From contig NC_043008.1 of assembly GCF_006345805.1 (NCBI RefSeq), positions 10,168,001-10,232,000 of the forward strand: DNA of 64,000 bases, read 5' to 3'. A program made the translations under genes and the position numbers. The notes below the pieces were generated by a model. The model was not told where the DNA came from, did not search any database, and saw nothing but the letters and a program-made list of their open reading frames with translations. Numbering within the stretch: the first letter of the stretch is position 1; each line of letters opens with the position of its first letter. This document shows, in pieces, positions 1 to 22,260 of the stretch. Origin of the DNA: Octopus sinensis. Its lineage: Eukaryota.

Positions 1-1464
1 TGTATGTTTGTGTCTATGTTTGTATATTCATACCTGTCTGTCACAATCCCTGTCTCCACAGACTCTCCACCACTCCCTACATTCTGTGTAAAAACGTATA
101 AATCAAACAGAAAAGAAAAAAAAACTGACCCTTTTTTTTCCTTCTTAAAATAAAACCAACAAAAAAAAAAGATGCAATTGGTGGTTCAGCATCAGTCCGG
201 TCACAACTGGTGTTTGTTATGTACTACCTGGCAAAATAATACTGATGTTATTGCATGCTAACTAAAAATAAGGAAGAAAAAAATGTAAAAATACAATGGA
301 AACAAAAAGACATGTTGATAACTACAATGCTGTGTGTGTGTATGTGTGTGTGTGTATGTGTGTGTCAAACATTCATACATGTGAATAAAATATGAAAATA
401 AAAAGAAATATTTAAAAATTTTGGCTTCTGTTTTTCTTTCAAAAGGTGACACTTCTAATATATTCATGTTCTTGGATATACCTGTAAAAACCTATGTAAT
501 TTATGCACTTTTTTCTGCATAAATGACTAGAAAAGCACTTGGAGAGTGCAGACCTCAGCCAAGCAGCTCATTTCCACCTATATACACGCATGCTGAAAAT
601 CGCCCAGTTTCCCAAACCAACACCGGTTTCATACAAGTTTTGTATGAAATTTCATTAAAAGATATCTGTTCTTCTGTAAGTTGTGAAACAAATTTTGTGG
701 GGCACAGTCAGTAATCTCTTGACTATTGCAGGTGTTATGTTCCCAAGCCCTGTCGATAGGTGAAAATCCATGAAACAGAAACGGTACTGTATTGCGTATA
801 TTTTTTTTTATCATGTTATCCTCCGCAGACCTTTGCCAAGCAGCTCATTTTAAGAGAGCTACGTGAGTAAAAATTACTAGCACAAACACTTTGTAATTTA
901 ATAGCTTTTAATGTGATACCTATTAAACAGAAATTATTTCTATTTCGCCTGGCCCCCGTGCCAGTGGCATGTAAAAAGCACCATCCGACCGTGGCCGTTT
1001 GCCAGCCCCGTCTGGTACATAAAAAGCACCCACTACACTCACGGAGTGGTTGGCGTTAGGAAGGGCATCCAGCCGTAGAAACATTGCCAGATCAGACTGG
1101 GCCTGGTGCAGCCTCCTGGCTTCCCAGACCCCAGTTGAACTGTTCAACCCATGCTAGCATGGAAAGCGGACGCTAAATGATGATGATGAAAATTTAATAA
1201 AATCTAATCATAAGTGAGTGAAATTATGCTAAATCCAACTAAATCGAAAACCTTTTTCCCCCTGGCTATATCGGCAATTCTGAAAACTTTTGGGTGCGAA
1301 TTTTACAGGAGCATAAGCTTTTTTTAACAATTTTTAACCTGAAAATCACCTTCGTAAATCACAGGTGCACAAATTACATGGCTTTTCACAGTATATATCT
1401 AAGAAACAAAAAGGATAACATTATTTGCATTTGATGGATATTTGTCCTCATCTTGTTTGTTATT

Positions 1465-1510
1465 AACACAATGCTTCGGCTGATATACCCTCCAGTATTC
1501 GTCAGGTGTC
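1465..1510 (-). ncRNA. Degenerate minimal hammerhead ribozyme motif (family A) in a Penelope-like terminal repeat remnant (about 1425-1580)
   Basis: Minus strand GACAC CTGACGA A TACTG GAGGGTATAT CAGCC GAAG CATT GTGTT; homologous to 43155-43200. Confidence 0.6.
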
Positions 1511-2872
1511 TTGGGGGAAATCTCAAACCTGAGTTCTCATTCCTAAGGTTTTTTCCGATGTTATTATTACTATTATTCAGGTCACTGCCTGGAATCAAAC
1601 TCAGAATCTTGGGGTTAGTAACCCGCGCTCTTAACCACTACACCACATACCCATGTGATAACCTTTTACTTCTAAGGGACCTGAATACTAGTGGAGAGGT
1701 GGAGAATGGAAAGGAGTTGAATAAATGATACCTCCTCTAATGTCCCCTCTCCCCTCAAGATTTTTGGCAGGGCCACACAGTACCTTGCAAGACAGTGTAG
1801 GTGCCACACAAAAAGTATCCAGTCCACATTGTAAAGTAGTTGGCATTTGGAAGGGCATCCAACTGTAAAAACCTGGCCAAAATTGACCTCGCCTATGCTG
1901 GTGTCATGTAAAAAGCACTAAGTCCACTCTGCCAAGTGGCTGGTGTTAGGAAGGAGATCCAGTTGTAAAAACCATGCCAAAACAGACACAGACGTCTGGT
2001 GTGGGCTCAAGCCTGGCCAGCTCCTGTCAAACCGTCCAACCCATGCCAGCATGGAAGGCAGACGATGATGTGAGGAATTTGACACAAACGAACCCAGGTC
2101 CCAAGTCTTTGGGGATGTAATATAAACCATTGTTTCTCTGTCCATCCTTCATATGATCAGATCAAAATAATTTTCAAGTGATTTATTTATTTATCTTTTA
2201 GTCAAGAGGGAAGGCAGTCCCCGTAATACAACCACCAGGTTTCAGGCAAGAATTTGAAAATATACTGGCCTCCGTGCCGGTGGCACATAAAAGGCACCAT
2301 CCGATTGTGGCCGTTGCCAGCCCCGTCTGACTCCTGTGCCGATGGCACGTAAAAAGCACCATCCGATCGTGGCCGTTTGCCAGCCTCATCTGGCACCTGT
2401 GCAGGTGGCACATAAAAAGCATCCACTACACTCACGGAGTGGTTGGCGTTAGGAAGGGCATCCAGCTGTAGAAACACTACCAGATCAGACTGGGCCTGGC
2501 ACAGCCTACTGGCTCCCCAGACCCCGGTCAAACTGTCCAACCCATGCTAGCATGGAGAACGGACGTTAAATGATGATGACATACATATGTGGTTGTGTGC
2601 TAAGTTTCATTCCCAACTTAGTGTGTATGTGCACACGCACGCAGCTGTATATGCATGCACTAGCACTATGACCTGGCAACGCCGGGTCACAGTGCTAGTA
2701 AGTTATAAGATATATACAAATATATAAAAACACTGCACTCATTATTATATTAAGAGATTAGAATGTATTAGAAAAATGATGACAATGATGATGATGATAC
2801 ATTTTATGGTTGATGTTTCAGAATGAGCAATGTTTTTCAGTTTGATGAGTTATCACAGTTTACAGTTTCCAC

Positions 2873-12855
<9,983 letters not shown>

Positions 12856-13184
12856 GCTTGGAGGCAACGTGGGAAATGTTTCGCTGAGACCGGCGGTGTA
12901 GCAGCAATCATGTTCCCAGCAAAACATAAACACCTCCGGTCAACGACAGGCCTTCCACTTAGTCGCTCAACGTTGAAATAACAGCCAAATTCCCTCAAAT
13001 CATTTCACCGTCTTTACAAAAGAAGGTTCTATTGGACAGTCCGTGATATAGGAAAAGACCAGATGGTCACTGCTCGAATGGCTCTGATCAAATGTCTACA
13101 GGATTAGAAGTGAGGCGGAAATATTTCTGCTACAGGACTCTCTTGTTAATGAAAGAACCGGTTATGGGAAATTGAACAAAATGA

Positions 13185-13605
13185 GGATCTTTTCGGTTTG
13201 AACGGCAGTTTTTCTAGCGGTGTCAGATGAAATTGTCACCCATAATTATGACCCTAGTATCGATCTATTGCATTTCAATCTATTTTAGGGTTAGAGTTAG
13301 GGTTAGGGGTGAAGGGAAAGGTATCTTTTGTTCTTCACAAATATAAATAAACCTAATCTGTTTCTTAAACGAGTGACATATTCATACGGCACAGAATGTT
13401 GTTTACCTCAATGGACGTCAGTGATTGGTTGAAATTGCAGAAATTGAAGAAAAAAACAACAAATATCTTACAAACTATAGAATTTTCTCAATAAAGCCAA
13501 GAGAAAAAGATGTTTTATAAACACATTCTACCAGTATACAAAGTTTAAATTTTTTTAGTTACCTAGAAATCATGTTAAAAACTGCCGTTCAAACCGAAAA
13601 GATCC
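13185..13605. mobile_element. Non-autonomous DNA transposon with perfect 29-bp TIRs and an 8-bp TSD (Merlin-like)
   Basis: TIR GGATCTTTTCGGTTTGAACGGCAGTTTTT at both ends; flanks caaaatga / caaaagga. Confidence 0.75.
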
Positions 13606-13869
13606 CAAAAGGATACTGATGCAGATGTATGTGCAGGCCAATGCTTTAGAAAAAAGAGCATTGGTTAAATTGCACAGATGGCACACACAGGGGATCTTGC
13701 TAAAAAGAGCTGGAGTACTGACAGAAGATATTTTCTATTCACATTGCAGTACTGTCTAATACGTGAAGTATTGCCCTAGCTTGAGGTGCAAAAATCTGCA
13801 TAAATAGGAGTGTGAAAAATAGACAAGAAAAACTAGCATTGTGGATGAATATCAGGCCAGAGTATAATT

Positions 13870-14598
13870 TGGCAATGGGCTGTGCTTGAGAGGACCTGTC
13901 GAGTCAAGTGCACCCATATTGGTGGCATGTAAAGATCACCTTTTGAGTGTAGGACCTCACAGAAGCAAAGTGGCTGAGTTCCTTTCGAGTGTTGGGCCTC
14001 ACAGAGGCAATGACTGAGACCTTTGGCATTATGTTGTGCTTGAGAAGAAGAACCATGAAGCCGAGCAAAATCGCAGTTGTGGCAGATACCTATTTCTTTA
14101 CTACCCACAAGGGGCTAAACACAGAGAGGACAAACAAGGACAGACAAATGGATTAAGTCTATTATATCGACCCCAGTGCGTAACTGGTACTTAATTTGAA
14201 CTCAGAACGTAGCGGTAGACGAAATACGGCTACGCATTTCGTCTGGCATGCTAACGTTTCTGCCAGCTCGCCGCCTTATAGTGTGGCAGTTGTGGCAGAT
14301 ACCGGTATCATGCAAATTGGCACCTATGCTGGTGACATGTAAAAGCACTCGAGTGTCCCAAATGGCACCTGTGCCTGTGGCACATAAAAGCATACTGGTG
14401 TCACACAAATGGTACTCATACCAGTGGAATGTAAAAGCACCCATTACATTCTCAGAGTGGTTGGCATTAGGAAGGGCATCCAGCAATAGAAAGCCATGCT
14501 AAATCAGACTGGAGTCTGGTGCAGCCTTCCAGCGTACCAGCCTGGTCAAACCATACAACCCATGCCAGCATGGACAACGGATGTTAAATGATGATGAG
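13870..14598 (+). mobile_element. Long copy of the (GAT)n-tailed RTE-3'UTR family, interrupted by a SINE. About 24 shorter copies, e.g. 945-1190, 2260-2580, 5258-5425, 8310-8690, 21150-21550(-), 23845-24140, 24255-24535, 25040-25265, 27140-27385(-), 31290-31650, 36615-36945, 45320-45665(-), 46130-46445(-), 49095-49445(-), 61155-61530(-), 61680-61920
   Basis: Shared core cacccactacactc.cggagtggttggcgttaggaagggcatccagctgtagaaac...ccatgctagcatgga.aacggacgttaaacgatgatg with variable 5' truncation. Confidence 0.85.
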
Positions 14599-14751
14599 GA
14601 AAGATCTGATTGAGAATGCATGTATGTACGAGTCAGATGTGTGAATGTGAATGACTCATACATAGTCCTGTTCATTTACACCAGTGGATCAGTAGTTGTA
14701 TGTTCATGTGAATGTGGATATGGGTTGTGTAATCTATACCAGTGGGTCAAT

Positions 14752-15520
14752 ATAAATAATAATAATAATAATGAAATTATTGTATACAGTGCTCAGGTGC
14801 ACCACAACTTGTCAGAAAGTGCGTATAGAGTATATGCAGTTATGTACAAATGTCTGGAAAGCGAACACTGTATGAGTCAGATACATGCTTGCGTGTGTAT
14901 GGAGGGGGAGAAAATCAGGTGTAGTGTTGGCAAATCTCAGGAAGCATGGAAGTTTTGAAGGATGCAGTGCTCCAACAACTAACAACTGATGCCGGCAGTT
15001 TGTTCCATACTTCAGCAACTCTTAGTGTGAAAAAAATGTTTCCGAAAGTCATGAGAGGTGTGCTGATTTCTGACTTTGTAAACATGTCCACGGGTGTTAG
15101 ACAGGTGGAGTTTGAAAAGGTGCTCAGAGTTATTGTTAGTAAGATGGTTAATAATTTTATAAGTGTCTGTCAAGTCAGCTGCCAGATGTCGGAGTTTCAA
15201 TGTATCCATGTCCAGGGAAGTAAGGCATTCAGAATATGGCAAATGCCTGATGGAGGGTATTCTCTTGGTTGCACATCGCTGAACGGTTTCCGGACGATTA
15301 ATATCCTGGGCAAGATAGGGGTTCCAGACCGGTGATGCAAATTCCAGGTGAGGTCGCACCGTAGCTATATAAAGCCTCAGATAGATAGCCGGAGAGCGGC
15401 TCACAAAGGACTTGGTGAGTGATGCCAAGACACCCTCAGCCTTCTTGGCAATTTTAGTGAACCAATTCAGCTTTCCAAGCTTAGGAACAAAAGATGCTTT
15501 AATAAATTTGGACAACAGAA
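14752..15520 (-). mobile_element. 5'-truncated CR1-clade LINE, same family as 3665-4312
   Basis: ORF 15012-15515 RPHLEFASPVWNPY...TRGHVYK; (AAT)n tail at about 14752-14775. Confidence 0.85.
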
Positions 15521-16461
15521 ATATTTAGATGTACAGAGAGGTTAGATGTGGGGGCGTCTGCCCTTGCAGTGCATTGCTGCATTCACCATTTGTTGGTATA
15601 TACCCAGGTCCTCCTGGGTGACCCGTCAAGCAGAGTCCCCTATCAGTCGCCATCTCCATCCTCATCTACCATGACAATATGGTATGGGGTTGGCCAAGAT
15701 GAGCCAGTTGGATCTGCAGTGAAGAGAACGCAGTAAGCAGAGCCAAACTCAGAAATTTAGTGATGTGGCCAAACGAAGAGATACAAAATAAATAACAGAC
15801 ACAGAATTATCAAAATAATTTTATTTCCATATTTTTAATCAGATTCATGTCAGATCACTACCAATCATGTATCATTGGAGATGAATGAATAAAACAGTTG
15901 GTTCTCAAGGTTTAGGAAGAATCAAATCTCAAATTCGTAAGTTCATACCCTATCACTGGCATTTGGACTGTTGTGTACCTTAGGAAAAAAAAATACTCAA
16001 CTAATTCTTTTAACCAAGAAGAACTTCTTTTGGTTCATCACCTACCTAGCAAAGCAATGAGTGAGAATGGTAAAAGGATGTTCTAGTGGTGGAGTGGAGT
16101 GTCCTATGGTTAGAATACTCATATTTAGGTGGCTTCCTTAGGGTGATATAAAACTCCACTAGAAATAAATAACTTTAACCCATAACCCAGGACGTCTTGC
16201 ATTAGTCCAGTTTTGACCATGTATGCTCATTAACTTGGGTTTAATTTGGTGTTTATCTTTTTACCCAACAAACCACTTTGACTAAAGAATAAACATGCTC
16301 CTATCATAACAAGACTAAATTGGTATATACATCCATCCATACACACGTATACATTCACACACACATAGATGTACATAGATACACACATATAAATATGTAC
16401 ATATACAGACACACACACCTATATAAATACATATATATATATATAAATACATACATATATA

Positions 16462-17950
16462 CATGGTGTGAGGGGTATTTGAGGACCTTTCGGTTTTTGT
16501 TCATTACACCTTCAAATTGTTTAATGTATCATATTTTTTTTCAGATTACCCTTTCAAGATGTCAAGCTAACTCAAGAAAGGAAAAGACATACAGTCATTG
16601 ATGCTATACATGCAAACTACAGTGATTTAGAAATTAACAACTTTCTAAATGTTGCAAAATCATTTGTAGACAAAATTCGGTTGGAATTGGAGGCATGTGA
16701 TGGCAATGTTTCACCTGTATCAAAGGGGGAAAAAAAAACCATTCACGATGCCCAGACACTAAAAGGACACCAGAATTTATACATGTTTAAAACATTATTG
16801 ATGAAAACCCCAGAAGATCAATGAGGTCCATTACTAAAGAACTTCAGGTATCAGAGTGGACTATCAGAACAGGGGTACATCATGACATTTGATACAAGTC
16901 CTATGTAATGAGGAAAGGCCAATTTGTGTCTGTAAAGACACAGAAAAACTGTCTCATCTGTTCAAAATGGTTACTTAACCCTTTCATTACCAACCCGGCT
17001 GAAACCGGCTCTGGCTCTTTAATATAAATGTCTTATTTCTATAAGTTTTGAATTCAAATCTTCCACCAAACCTTAGTCACAATTTATGTTCCTAACGCTA
17101 ACTTAATGATAATGAAGATATTTTACTAAATTCTTTGTTATATTTAAAATAATTGGATGAAACACAGAGCATCTAAAAATAAATACAGAAACGAAAGGGT
17201 TAAATAAGTGAAAAACCCTCATGAACAAGGCATTCTTTGGTTATTCTCAGACGAAAAAATTCCGACCAAGTTCAAAAGTCTAACAGAAGAAATGACAGGT
17301 GCTTATGTGCAGATCCTTCTGAAGTACTCAGAGTGTTGCACACGAAATTTCCAGCAACTGTGATGGTTTTAGGAATGGTGAGTAGTGACAGTCATGTGAT
17401 GCCCCACTTTTTTCATTGGGTCTTAGAATTAATGCTGCAGGATACATTGAGGTACTGGAAACTGTTATCAAACCCTAGATTAATGAAGTATGCAATGGCA
17501 GGCCATACGTGTTTCAACAAAACTCAGCACCTTCTCACAAAGCCCTAGTCACTCAAAAATGGTTGTCAGATAATCTTTATGATTCTGTAACACCCAATAT
17601 GTGGTCCCCAAACTCGCCAGATTTGAACCCCAATTACTACTGCATGTGGAGCGCTGTTGAAAGGGACAGACTAATCGTCATCCTCATAATACCACAGCTT
17701 CATTGAAGGTCGCCATTGTCCAGGTGATGTCCGAAATAAACAAGGACCAAATAGTGTCAGCATGCCAGCGGTTTCAGTCCTGTATTGAAGCAGTCATCGA
17801 AGCCAAAGGTAGTTTCACGGAATAATTTGCTTAAAAAATCATTATCAAGACTAATTGCACAAATGTTTATTCAAATACATAATTATTTATGCTGAAATAT
17901 AATTGTTTCATTGTATACCCAAACTATCCTCAAATACCCCTTGCACCCTG
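16462..17950 (+). mobile_element. Decayed Tc1/mariner-superfamily transposon (maT/DD37D-like) with a nested TTAA MITE
   Basis: TIRs ca(t/g)ggtg..aggggtatttgagga flanked by TA; fragments VMVLG, YVFQQNSAPSHKA..TQKWL..W.PNSPDLNP. Confidence 0.8.
16979..17199 (+). mobile_element. piggyBac-like MITE family A (TTAA TSD). Other copies: 32878-33102, 33123-33345, partial about 10240-10410(-)
   Basis: TTAA|CCCTTTC...GAAAGGG|TTAA, about 220 bp, shared internal sequence. Confidence 0.8.
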
Positions 17951-19223
17951 TATTTATATAAATACATATATACATACATATATACACATACATACAAATA
18001 TATATATATATATATACACACATATGTATATACATATATACACAGACACACAAATATGTATATACATATACACACACGCATATATGAATAAAAAGCAGCT
18101 TTAATAATACAAACATTATCAATACTGGGTGTGTTTTGTTCATATACTCACTAGTTATATGTGTATGTGTATATATTTGTATATATATATTCAGAAAATG
18201 TTTTGATTAATACTGCATTGAAGGTTCATTCACTTGTGACTTACAGCCCATTCTGGAGCAAGTCATGCTCCACCAAAGTATCACAACATCCCATCCTGAG
18301 AAACACCGATTTCATTCAAAACAATCTTCACAATCACAACTGGGTATGCTCACTCATACAAACTATCCTGTACTGTGTCATCTTCATTAATAAATAAATA
18401 ACTAACCTCATTCACTCAATGTCGAAACATCATCACATTCTCCATGTCTACTTGGAAGATATAAGCATGTCGTTCACACATATTGAACTGGGAAATGTTT
18501 TAAGAATAATAATATATCAAATAGAATGTGAGCAGTAACTAAGACTATCACTAATTTCAGTTTTGATACCAAACTAATCATTCCAGAAATATTAAATACT
18601 TTCATATAATTGATAGGATTATGCTATGTCATATATAATTAATTAATAAACAACAAATTAAACCAGTTTCTTACAGGTTTAATTATACTTGTTCTGTTGT
18701 TTTTATTTAAAACTTTTTATGGTCCCCATTTTTTGTGGTCTTTGTTACTGAAGAATTATATTCCCCACTTAAAGAGTAAACAAAATTAGTAACAGTTGGT
18801 GAAGAAACTTTGGTTATTTATTAATGCTTCTATCACAAACGGAATGTCAGTTTATGAAGTAAAAGATCAATGATTCATATTCTGCCATTAGCACTGGGCT
18901 GTGTTTACTAAACTCCCGTCAGACTTCAACCTTTAAAATTAAGGCAAAGACCATAGACAAATAGAAAATTGAGAGATAATCCAACTAACATCCTCTGACA
19001 CCTAACAAAGGTTAGATGTCAAAGATTTGGTCACTTACTCCTACAAACTTATTCACTCTCACGGTGATAATTAGCATTAAAAGACAAAGGGTGGTCCCTG
19101 TATATTACAAACCAATGAAATATTTTGTTTTAGAGCTACAGAATGAAAATATCAGTAAAACAGAATGAAAGGAGAGTCGATGGAGGCAACTGACTATCAA
19201 ACTACTCAGGTAAGAACGAGGAG

Positions 19224-19319
19224 TCACTGAACGACTCCCGTTGATAAAAAAAAATGTTTTGAAGGGAATTTGATGTTCAATTCAGGACAGACTTCTTGTA
19301 GGACAAGTTCAAGAACATT
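19224..19319 (-). CDS. SNX25: SNX25 exon 22 (last coding exon)
   Basis: NVLELVLQEVCPELNIKFPSKHFFLSTGVVQ then stop; ttcag acceptor. Confidence 0.85.
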   Translation of the reverse strand, partial: NVLELVLQEVCPELNIKFPSKHFFLSTGVVQ

Positions 19320-22220
19320 CTGAAAAAACAAGAAAAAAAATTATTATTATTATTATTGAGTGAGAGAGCAGTGCATGCCATCAAAGTGACACTGGGGTAA
19401 AATATACGAAGCGCAATATACCCATCATAACTACATGTCTGATAAGAGTACACCAGGCACATGCATCACAACCATATGTGCACGATTGGCCCAAGGCTAT
19501 AGTAGAAGACACTTGCCCAAGGTGCCACGCAGTGGGACTGAACACGGAACCATGTGGTTGGTAAGCAAGCTACTTACCACACAGCCACTCCTGCATCTAC
19601 ACATTTTCACAACACGACTTCACACACCAACATGCACCTCATCCACTTACATACTTTCACACATACACACACATTTACATATTGCCTCTACACACTGCCA
19701 CATGCATCTGAACACTTTCATCAATCGATACACTCATACATCCACTTACACATTTCCACATACAGACACCTTCACTACTTCACTCATAGATACATCCACA
19801 CACTTTCACACACACACACACACAAACACACACTCACACAGCTTTATAAAAACATGTAGTGGAATTGGCAATTGGGAAAATGAAACAGGACTTACATAAA
19901 ACAACTGCTTGTTTAACTGGACATCTTGTAGAATTTCAAATATTTTAATGGTCCCTTGTCTTGCATTGTCATCACCGACCAATGTCTTTAGTACGTCTAA
20001 AAAATAAAACCAACAAAATGATATAACAATCAGTTTTACTATTATGGTCAAGAATTAAGAAGTTGTAAAAGTAGCAGTGTGGAGGCGCGTGGCTTAGTGG
20101 TTAGTGTGTCAGAGGGCGGCGAGCTGGCAGAAACGTCAGCATGCCGGGCGAAATGCTTATCGGTATTTCGTCTGCCGTTACGTTCTGAGTTCAAATTCTG
20201 CCGAGGTCGACTTTGCCTTTCATCCTTTCGGGGTCGATAAATTAAGTACCAGTTACGCACTGGGGTCGATGTAATCGACTTAATCTGTTTGTCCCTTCTG
20301 TGTTTAGCCGTTTGTGGGTAGTAAAGAAATAGGTTAGGGTGTCAGCATCATGATCGCAAGATTGTGGTTTCGATTCCTGGACCGGGCGACGCGTTGTGTT
20401 CTTGAGCAAAACACTTCATTTCACGTTGCTCCAGTCCACTCAGCTGGAAAAAATGAGTAACGCTGTGATGGACTGGCGTCCCGTCCAGATGGGGAACACA
20501 CACGCCACGGAAACCGGGCCCATGAGCCTGGCTAGGCTTTAAAAAGAGTGCATTTATTTATTTATTAAAAATAGCAGTAAAGATTTTGATTTTGTGAAGT
20601 GTATTTAGAATGATAGGAATAGAGTCAGTGATGAATGTTGTGAAGGAGAAATGGGATGAAATGGTTGAGTCATGTGTTGAGGAAGGACAAAAGTAGAGGA
20701 AGAAGAGGAGTGAGAAAAAAATGGTTAAAAATAATGGGGAAGGACATTTTACTTGTTCCAGTCATTCAAGCACCACCTTGAAGGGTTTTAATTGAACAGT
20801 TTGACCCCGGTGCTTACTTTTAAAATCTGGTACTTATTCTGTTGTGTCTTTTGAAGAACTGCTAAGATACAGGGATATAAACAAACCAACACTGTTGTCA
20901 AGTGGTTGGCAGGACAAACATAGGCACAGAGACATATGCTTCCAAACATTTTCTACCTACAAGGCATTGGGTAGCCTGAGGCTATTGTACAAGACATTTT
21001 CCCAAGGTGCCATGTAGGAGGATTGAACCCAAAATGTGGTTAAGAAGCTTGCTTTGCAACCAAGTTTCTTAACCATCCAGTAGTTCTTCTCTTCACAGCA
21101 AACTAACACATCTCAAATATTGCTTCTGTAATATAGCAAGATTTGAACTCTTCATCATCATCATCATCGTTTAACGTCCGTTTTCCATGCTAGCATGGGT
21201 TGAAAGGTTCGACCGGGGTCTGGGAAGCCAGGAGGCTGCGCCAGGCTCCAGTCTGATCTGGCAGTGTTTCTACAGCTGGATGCTCTTCCTAACTCCAACT
21301 ACTCCGTGAGTGTAGTGGGTGCTTTTTACATGTCACTGACACAGGGGTCAGAGGAGGCTGGCAAACGGCCACGATCAGTTGGTGCTTTTTACGTGTCACT
21401 GACACAGGGGCCAGAGGAGGCTGGCAAACGGCCACGATCGGTTGGTGCATTTTATGTGTCACTGACACGGACGCCAGTCAGGCAGTGCTGGCATCAGCCA
21501 CATTCGTATGGTGCTTTTTAAGTGCCATTGGCATGGGTATCATAACTACAATTTCCATTTAACCAGCATCATGTCTTCATAATCACAATGTCTCAAATGC
21601 AGAAATTCAATTTGTCAAAGATACATACCAGGTACATTTTGAATAATTTTCTCTTTTGCTTCCATTCTGATTTTCATTTTTTCCTCTTCTGTCCTTGGTG
21701 GAGATGGCTCAGCCAGAACGCCGTTGGGCCAAAGAGAGTCTTTGAATGTTTTTATGTAATAAATTAGCATCGAATCAGAGAACATCCAGTCAACAGCCAT
21801 ACGTAATTGTCTGAAAGATGAAATTAAAAAAAAAATTCAAAATACTGCCTTGAAGGATTTCAGTTGAACAAATCTTTTTTTTTCCAAAGCCTAGTTCTAT
21901 CGGTCTCTTTTGCCGAACTACTAAGTTACAGGGACATAAACACACCGACACCAGTTTTCAAGCAGTGATGGGGGAACAAACACAGACACAAAGACACACA
22001 CAGATACTCTTTTACTCTTTACTCTCTTTTACTCTTTTACTTGTTTCAGTCATTTGACTATGGCCATGCTGGAGCACCGCCTTTAGTCAAGCAAATCGAC
22101 CCCGGGACTTATTCTTTTTGTAAGCCCAGTACTTATTCTATCGGTCTCTTTTGCTGAACCGCTAAGTGACGGGGACATAAACACACCAGCATCGGTTGTC
22201 AAGCAATGCTAGGGGGACAA

Positions 22221-22260
<40 letters not shown>

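Noticed and set aside
258-485. Possible extra minus-strand exon (acceptor-like tttacag then ISKNMNILEVSPFERK...)
   Set aside because: The frame runs into a (CA)n tract, I see no donor or recognisable homology, and NSUN5 already has a stop at 2873.
13285-13308. Interstitial telomere or chromosome-fusion scar
   Set aside because: Only four units, and they lie inside a TIR element.
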